Of a DNA stretch of 64,000 nucleotides, positions 58,705 through 64,000 are shown piece by piece. Numbering within the stretch: position 1 is the stretch's first letter; each line of letters starts with the position of its first letter. A program made the translations under genes and the position numbers. This DNA comes from Flavobacteriales bacterium UBA7690 (GTDB lineage: Bacteria > Bacteroidota > Bacteroidia > Flavobacteriales_F > PHOS-HE28). Where the stretch lies: NCBI GenBank assembly GCA_002482775.1, contig DLGQ01000109.1:47789-111788 (forward strand). The letters are read 5' to 3'. The notes below the pieces were generated by a model that was given only the letters and a program-made list of their open reading frames with translations, did not search any database and was not told where the DNA came from.

Positions 58705-59444
58705 ACGAACTGTGGATAGCGCTGTTGCTGGCGTTGGTGGCCTTCCTCTACGCCAGTGTGGGCCACGGCGGCGCGAGCGGCTACATCGCGGTGATGGCGC
58801 TGTTGGGGTTCGCACCGGAGGTGATCAGGCCAACGGCACTTGTGTTGAACCTCTTCGTGAGCGCCATGGCCTTCGCACAGTTCGCTCGAGCGGGACATTT
58901 CCGGTGGCCGCTGTTCTGGCCTTTCGCGCTGGCTTCCGTGCCGTGCGCCTGGTTGGGGGCGCAGGTAGAACTGGATGTGGTGGTCTACAAACGTGTGTTG
59001 GCTGTTTGTTTGGTCATCGCGGTAGCGCGTTTGCTCGGCTTCTTCGGTAGTAGCACAGCACCACAGCATACACCGCCGTTGATCCTCGCTTTGATCATTG
59101 GGGCTTTGCTGGGCCTGGTCTCCGGCATGATCGGTATTGGCGGCGGCATACTACTTAGTCCCTTATTGCTGGTATTCGGCTGGAGCTCCGCGAAGGAGAG
59201 TGCCGCAGTGAGCGCTGCATTCATTTTCGTCAATAGCCTAGCTGGCCTTGCAGGGATTTCCGATGTCGTCCTTGATCCATCCCAAGGCATCTTCACATCT
59301 TCCCACATCCTCTGGATCGCTGCAGCGGTAGCTGGTGGGGCGATTGGTGCCTACATCGGTGCGCAACGGTTCAGCCAAACGCGGCTGCGGCAGGTGCTGG
59401 GTATGGTGCTGCTGTTCGCTTCGTTCAAATTATTCTTCGCATGA
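58701..59444 (+). CDS. TauE/SafE (DUF81) family sulfite-exporter-like membrane protein
   Basis: Two-fold repeated 4-TM architecture with Gly-rich motifs. ATGA overlap with thiF. Confidence 0.7.
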   Translation: MNELWIALLLALVAFLYASVGHGGASGYIAVMALLGFAPEVIRPTALVLNLFVSAMAFAQFARAGHFRWPLFWPFALASVPCAWLGAQVELDVVVYKRVLAVCLVIAVARLLGFFGSSTAPQHTPPLILALIIGALLGLVSGMIGIGGGILLSPLLLVFGWSSAKESAAVSAAFIFVNSLAGLAGISDVVLDPSQGIFTSSHILWIAAAVAGGAIGAYIGAQRFSQTRLRQVLGMVLLFASFKLFFA

Positions 59445-60637
59445 TCTCGGTTGAAGAGGCCCGCCAGTTGGTGATGTCGCAGGTACGGCCGTGTGAAGGT
59501 GAGCACCGGCTTCTGGAGAACGCCGTGGGCCGTGTGGTGATCGTGGACATTGTTTCACCCGAGGCCTATCCACTGTCCGATGTGAGCGCTGTGGATGGTT
59601 ATGCCGTGGGCACTTCTCAAGGTCCGTGGACCGTGGTCGGTGAATTGGCCGCCGGCGATACCACCGATATCGTGCTGGGTGGAGATGATGCGCACCGGAT
59701 CTTCACCGGAGCTACCGTGCCGCTTGGGACCACAGCAGTGCTGATGCAGGAGCGCTGCACCCGGGAAGGTCCCATCCTGATCCACGAAGGAGCACCGTTC
59801 CTTGTTGGAGCGAACATCCGCCGTGAAGGTGAAAGTGTGAAGGCCGGTGAGATCATCCTGCGTAAAGGAAGTGTGCTCACACCCGCAGCGATCGGGTTGC
59901 TTGCGTCGTGTGGGTTGAAGGATGTGATGGTCTCGATCGAGCCGCTGATCAGCATCATCCGTACGGGCGGTGAGTTCATCGAAGAAGGCGCGCCGAAGAA
60001 AGGTCGCATTTACAGCAGCAACGACCGTATGCTCATTGGTGCCCTGCGCGAAGCCGGGTGCTACACGAAGGATGAAGCGCTCCTTGCGCAAGACGAAGCG
60101 GATGAGCTGCGCAGGGTCCTTCTTGCGGCTGTTCAAGCAGGTGGTGTTGTGATCACCACCGGTGGTGCGTCCGTTGGCGATCATGATCTTTTAGTGCCGG
60201 TGCTAAAGGAGATGAACGCCACCATCCACTTCCACGGTGTTGCTCAGAAGCCAGGCAAACCCATGTTCTTCGCCACGCTGAACGGGGTCCCGATATTCGG
60301 TCTGCCGGGCAATCCGCGCGCGGCGCTCGTCTTGTTCTATGAGTATGTGCTCCCCTTCCTTTCCGCGATGCGGCAGAGGCGCGATCCGTGGTTGCGCACC
60401 CATCATCTTCCATTGAACACGGCGCTCACCCTGAAAGGTGATCGCGCGGAATTCAGGGCGGCACGTGTGCACGATGGACGCGTGGAACTGCTGGCGGATG
60501 AAGGATCGCACATGCTGCGTACCTTGGTGGAAGCGGATGCCTTGGTCTACCTGCCCGCCACACAACGCGCGTGGAATGCAGGTGATCCAGTGGAAGTACA
60601 TGCATTGCCGCACCACAGGTCTCCGCAGGGGCGTTGA
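59441..60637 (+). CDS. moeA: molybdopterin molybdotransferase
   Basis: Typical MoeA domains (SAVDGYAV..., GGASVGDHD, GLPGNP). Confidence 0.85.
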   Translation: MISVEEARQLVMSQVRPCEGEHRLLENAVGRVVIVDIVSPEAYPLSDVSAVDGYAVGTSQGPWTVVGELAAGDTTDIVLGGDDAHRIFTGATVPLGTTAVLMQERCTREGPILIHEGAPFLVGANIRREGESVKAGEIILRKGSVLTPAAIGLLASCGLKDVMVSIEPLISIIRTGGEFIEEGAPKKGRIYSSNDRMLIGALREAGCYTKDEALLAQDEADELRRVLLAAVQAGGVVITTGGASVGDHDLLVPVLKEMNATIHFHGVAQKPGKPMFFATLNGVPIFGLPGNPRAALVLFYEYVLPFLSAMRQRRDPWLRTHHLPLNTALTLKGDRAEFRAARVHDGRVELLADEGSHMLRTLVEADALVYLPATQRAWNAGDPVEVHALPHHRSPQGR

Positions 60638-60652
60638 ACGAACGAAGATCCG

Positions 60653-61219
60653 ATGAGCACGCAAGGATGGGCTGGTGTGGTGTTGGCCGGTGGGAAGAGC
60701 AGCCGCATGGGTCGCGACAAAGCGCTGGTCGAAAGCGATGGACGCACGTTGCTGGCGAACGCCGTAGGACTACTTCGTCCGCATGTGGAAGAGCTGCTCA
60801 TCATCGGTGATCCCACGATGCACCAAGGCACAGGTCCATTGGTCCTCGCAGACGACACTCCGGGTCTTGGGCCGTTAGGAGGCATCCTTACAGCGTTGCG
60901 ATACGCATGGAACGACCGTTTGATCGTTCTTGCGTGTGATATGCCGAACGTGAATTCCGCCCTTTTTGAGCGATTGAAGTCCCTGTATGATGAAGGTCAT
61001 GATGCCGTGGTGCCACAGTGCGATGGACGGTTGGAGCCCCTTGCAGCGATCTACCACAGGCATTGCCGTGGAGCGTTCGCGGCAGCCATTGCTGAAGGAG
61101 AGCTGAAGATGTCGATGGCCGTTGAGCGTGTCAATGCGCGATACGTGCAGGTCTGCCCCGGTGAAGAAGGCTGGCCAGCGGATCTTTTCCGGAACATCAA
61201 CGCGCCGAGCGATCTTTGA
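60653..61219 (+). CDS. mobA: molybdenum cofactor guanylyltransferase
   Basis: GVVLAGGKSSRMGRDKAL N-terminal motif. Confidence 0.85.
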   Translation: MSTQGWAGVVLAGGKSSRMGRDKALVESDGRTLLANAVGLLRPHVEELLIIGDPTMHQGTGPLVLADDTPGLGPLGGILTALRYAWNDRLIVLACDMPNVNSALFERLKSLYDEGHDAVVPQCDGRLEPLAAIYHRHCRGAFAAAIAEGELKMSMAVERVNARYVQVCPGEEGWPADLFRNINAPSDL

Positions 61220-61449
61220 ACCCCATGAACGTGCTCTTGTTCGGTTCCATTGCAGAGAAGGCAGGCGTCGCGCTGCTTCAAGTGGAAGCAACATCGCTGT
61301 CCGCGCTCCGCGTTGAACTCATCAAGCGCATTCCTGGGTTGGAGCACATGCGCTACGCCATTGCTGTGGATCGCAAGGTGATGATCGGCGAACGACCGCT
61401 CACCGGCTCCGAAGAGATCGCCGTGTTACCCCCGTTCGCCGGCGGATGA
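61216..61449 (+). CDS. moaD: molybdopterin synthase sulfur carrier subunit
   Basis: 77 aa, ThiS/MoaD fold, C-terminal GG. Confidence 0.8.
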   Translation: MNPMNVLLFGSIAEKAGVALLQVEATSLSALRVELIKRIPGLEHMRYAIAVDRKVMIGERPLTGSEEIAVLPPFAGG

Positions 61450-61910
61450 GCGATGGTCGGCCACATAAGGTGAAGGACATCTTCGTGGAAGGTGCCATAC
61501 CCGCTTCGTTCATCGCGGAGAACATCGCCAAACACGCAACGCGCACGGATATCGGTGCGCACGAGATCTTCCTCGGCCAAGTGCGTGCCGATGTGGTTCC
61601 CAGCGTGCAGGATGGTCGTGTACAAGCCATCGAATTCACCGCATACCGTGAAATGGCGCTGGAGCGCATGACCATCATCCGCGAAGAGGCGTTCACGAAG
61701 TGGCCTGCCATGACCTGCTTGCACGTGCATCACAGCTTGGGGTGCATCAAAGCGGGGGAGTTGTGCTTCATGGTCTTCGCTAGCGCACCCCACCGCATAC
61801 AAGCCCGCGAAGCCGTGGCGTGGGTGGTGGATCGCATCAAGGCGGAACTGCCCATCTTCGGACGCGAGATCCTGTCAGATGCCTCCCACGTCTGGAAAAC
61901 GAATTCGTAA
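61446..61910 (+). CDS. moaE: molybdopterin synthase catalytic subunit
   Basis: MoaE family sequence. Start overlaps the moaD stop. Confidence 0.8.
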   Translation: MSDGRPHKVKDIFVEGAIPASFIAENIAKHATRTDIGAHEIFLGQVRADVVPSVQDGRVQAIEFTAYREMALERMTIIREEAFTKWPAMTCLHVHHSLGCIKAGELCFMVFASAPHRIQAREAVAWVVDRIKAELPIFGREILSDASHVWKTNS

Positions 61911-61937
61911 GGGCCGGGAAGTACCCGCCTTGAGAAG

Positions 61938-62855
61938 ATGATCGACATCACCCATAAACCCACCACGCTTCGAGAGGCCACGGCCACGGCGTTGGTCACC
62001 GTTTCCAATTCTGCGACGATCGTCGCAGTTCTGGAGAACAGCGTACCCAAAGGCAACGTGTTGGAGACCGCCCGCGTGGCTGCCCTCTTCGGGGTGAAGA
62101 AGACGCACGAGCTTATCCCGGATTGTCATCCATTGCCGATCGAACATGCCGAGGTACGTTTTGATATCAGTGACATTGCGATCACCATCACCATGCGGGT
62201 GCGCACCATCTATCGCACAGGTGTTGAGGTGGAAGCCATGCACGGTGCAAGCGTGGCCGCGCTCACGATCTACGACATGCTCAAGCCCATCGACAAAAGC
62301 GTAGCGATCGCCAGCATCCGGTTGGTGGAGAAGAAAGGCGGCAAGAGCGATTGGAAAGATGTGTTCGACAAGGCCCCGCGCGCAGCTGTGCTCGTCATCA
62401 GCGATGGTGTGGCCAGCGGCAAGAAGGAGGACAAGGCAGGTGCAGCGATAGCAGAGCGCCTTACGAAGCTCGGTGTCGGGATCTCTGCACATGGCGTTGT
62501 CGCAGATGAGCCGGCATCCATAGCCGCACAAGTGCAGGCATGGGCGGATCAAGGGCTAGACCTCATCCTCACCACTGGTGGAACCGGGCTTTCCCCGCGA
62601 GACCGCACACCCGAAGCCATCGCGCCGCTACTGGACCGCGAAGTGCCCGGAATCATGGAAGCCGCGCGGAGCTACGGGCAGGAACGAATGCCTTGGGCCA
62701 TGATGAGCCGCGGTGTCTCCGGCATGATCGGTCGCACGCTGGTGATCACGCTTCCCGGATCAACTCGCGGGACACAAGAGACGATGGACGCCCTTTTTCC
62801 GTTCGTGTTGCATGTGATCAAAGTTCAAGAACATGCGTTCAGACATGGGTTGTAG
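61938..62855 (+). CDS. moaC: bifunctional cyclic pyranopterin monophosphate synthase MoaC / molybdopterin adenylyltransferase MoaB (Mog)
   Basis: N-terminal MoaC region (RVAALFGVKKTHELIPDCHPLP). C-terminal MogA/MoaB region (LILTTGGTGLSPRD). Confidence 0.85.
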   Translation: MIDITHKPTTLREATATALVTVSNSATIVAVLENSVPKGNVLETARVAALFGVKKTHELIPDCHPLPIEHAEVRFDISDIAITITMRVRTIYRTGVEVEAMHGASVAALTIYDMLKPIDKSVAIASIRLVEKKGGKSDWKDVFDKAPRAAVLVISDGVASGKKEDKAGAAIAERLTKLGVGISAHGVVADEPASIAAQVQAWADQGLDLILTTGGTGLSPRDRTPEAIAPLLDREVPGIMEAARSYGQERMPWAMMSRGVSGMIGRTLVITLPGSTRGTQETMDALFPFVLHVIKVQEHAFRHGL

Positions 62856-63759
62856 GCAGGTGATCCCGATGATGCTGGTTGCCGTGCTGTTCCTCACGGC
62901 ATGTTCGCTGCTGTCAGGTGGTTCGGGTAGACCCAAAGGGGAGGTCCATATTGCTACTGTGAACAACAATGTGTGCAAGAGGTTGACCGAACGGGTCGTG
63001 ATCTACGGGGTTTTTGTTGATTCCAAGGTTGGAGGAGTATGGAGCACGCATGATATCAGGAGCACAGTGGACAGCATGCGGTTGGCGGCTGACTGGATCA
63101 TGCAGCAGGCACGCAAGAAGGGCGTGGACCTTGATATCGTTGTGGGATCCCACGAAAGAGGCGGGGTCGTTCCGGTGCGAAGTGAGCTGCCACGGGGCGG
63201 TCTTGAAGGGCTTCTGCATGGAATGAACCCGGCTTCTTCTTTGGATCGCTGGGCGGATAAAGCCTGTCGCCAGGTACAGTCGGCTTTCCCACGCGATACG
63301 GCTCGCATCACATTGACCAAGAACACGCCGAAGGACAGAGAGCGCCTGATAGCTTCCTTACGTGACCGTCACCGTACTGACAATGTGGCTTTGATGCTCT
63401 TCGTGAACAAATACTACGGATCAGAAACCTCTGTTGCGATGCACACGGGCAGCACATCCCTGATCGAGTATGCTACGGTGGCCTTCAAGCGACCAGGTGT
63501 GATCGCACACGAATTTCTTCATCTGTTCGGAGCGTTGGACCTGTACATGACACCTTACGACAATGCCAAGGATGTCAGTAAGCGCAAGCAATTCGCGATG
63601 GAACGGTTCCCCAAAGATGTGATGGCCTTTCCATTCCGGGGGTTGGATTCTCTGGAGATCGGGTCATTAACGGAATACCTGATCGGGTGGCGGCGTGAAT
63701 TGCTGCCAGAGGATGAAGCACTATTGACCGGAGGCAAGGTGCGTTTAGCCAAGTATTGA
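62833..63759 (+). CDS. hypothetical lipoprotein with HExxH motif (putative zinc metallopeptidase); start may be 62869
   Basis: MMLVAVLFLTACS lipobox. AHEFLHLFGALD HExxH motif. Confidence 0.45.
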   Translation: MRSDMGCRQVIPMMLVAVLFLTACSLLSGGSGRPKGEVHIATVNNNVCKRLTERVVIYGVFVDSKVGGVWSTHDIRSTVDSMRLAADWIMQQARKKGVDLDIVVGSHERGGVVPVRSELPRGGLEGLLHGMNPASSLDRWADKACRQVQSAFPRDTARITLTKNTPKDRERLIASLRDRHRTDNVALMLFVNKYYGSETSVAMHTGSTSLIEYATVAFKRPGVIAHEFLHLFGALDLYMTPYDNAKDVSKRKQFAMERFPKDVMAFPFRGLDSLEIGSLTEYLIGWRRELLPEDEALLTGGKVRLAKY

Positions 63760-63820
63760 TCGTCAGGAATGTAGGCGACAAGATCTTGTACGATGTTCAA
63801 CGTTTTGTCAATGTAGAATG

Positions 63821-64000
63821 ACATGGTGATCGGCAAAGAAGCCTTGGTGGAAGAGTTCGTATTGCACCGGTTGGGTGGAGAGCACAAGGACAACATCTTC
63901 AGCGATTTCACGGTAACGTTGAAGGGCGACGAGGAACAGGAGTTCTTGCGCAAACTCTTCTTGAAGCCGTTCGCGAACATGGCCTTTACTTCGGAATTCA
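63821..64000 (+). CDS. hypothetical protein, 5-prime fragment (continues beyond the window)
   Basis: ATG at 63821 after an AT-rich promoter-like stretch. Open to the window end. Confidence 0.3.

Noticed and set aside
62833-63759. The missing moaA could be the gene after moaC/moaB
   Set aside because: The translation has a lipoprotein signal and an HExxH motif. It has none of the CxxxCxxC radical-SAM or C-terminal Fe-S motifs of MoaA.
1-64000. tRNA or rRNA genes and IS transposases
   Set aside because: No T-loop-like GGTTCGAATCC-type sequences or cloverleaf-capable segments were seen in intergenic regions. No ORF shows a DDE or serine/tyrosine recombinase signature.

Overview
This is a 64-kb window of high-GC (about 60-65%) bacterial chromosome. 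It most likely comes from a member of Bacteroidota. Four things point that way: seven proteins end in type IX secretion (T9SS) C-terminal sorting domains, a DUF4271 gene sits next to hemD, MurF is fused to alanine racemase, and MoaC is fused to MoaB. Most of the window is core metabolism and cell-envelope genes in three groups. The first group is nrdA (3-prime part), an MBOAT acyltransferase operon, glutaryl-CoA dehydrogenase, hemD, rnpA-yidD, S41 and M28 peptidases, an O-antigen ligase with GT9 and GT2 glycosyltransferases, murF/alr, tdk and rsmI. The second group is a quinone oxidoreductase, a tricorn-like protease, a fatty-acid desaturase, cspA and DAHP synthase/chorismate mutase. The third group is a complete molybdenum-cofactor operon (thiF/moeB-tauE-moeA-mobA-moaD-moaE-moaCB). 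Large T9SS cargo genes are interspersed: a 1609-aa adhesin-like protein with about nine 231-bp tandem repeats, an S8 subtilase, and two paralogous FG-GAP/ASPIC (CRTAC1-like) proteins. Two parts look accessory. The first is the initial 10 kb after nrdA, a mixed-GC island of small genes of unknown function. It also holds a CPBP (CAAX/Abi) intramembrane protease and an orphan PD-(D/E)xK (HsdR-N-like) nuclease. Nearly every gene in it is separated by copies of a palindromic REP/BIME-like repeat of about 90 bp, in five copies that occur nowhere else in the window. The second is an AT-rich insert of about 0.85 kb (43.7-44.55 kb) carrying a single 139-aa ORF flanked by 36-bp inverted repeats, which may be a miniature mobile cassette. 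No rRNA, tRNA, CRISPR array or transposase gene was recognised.
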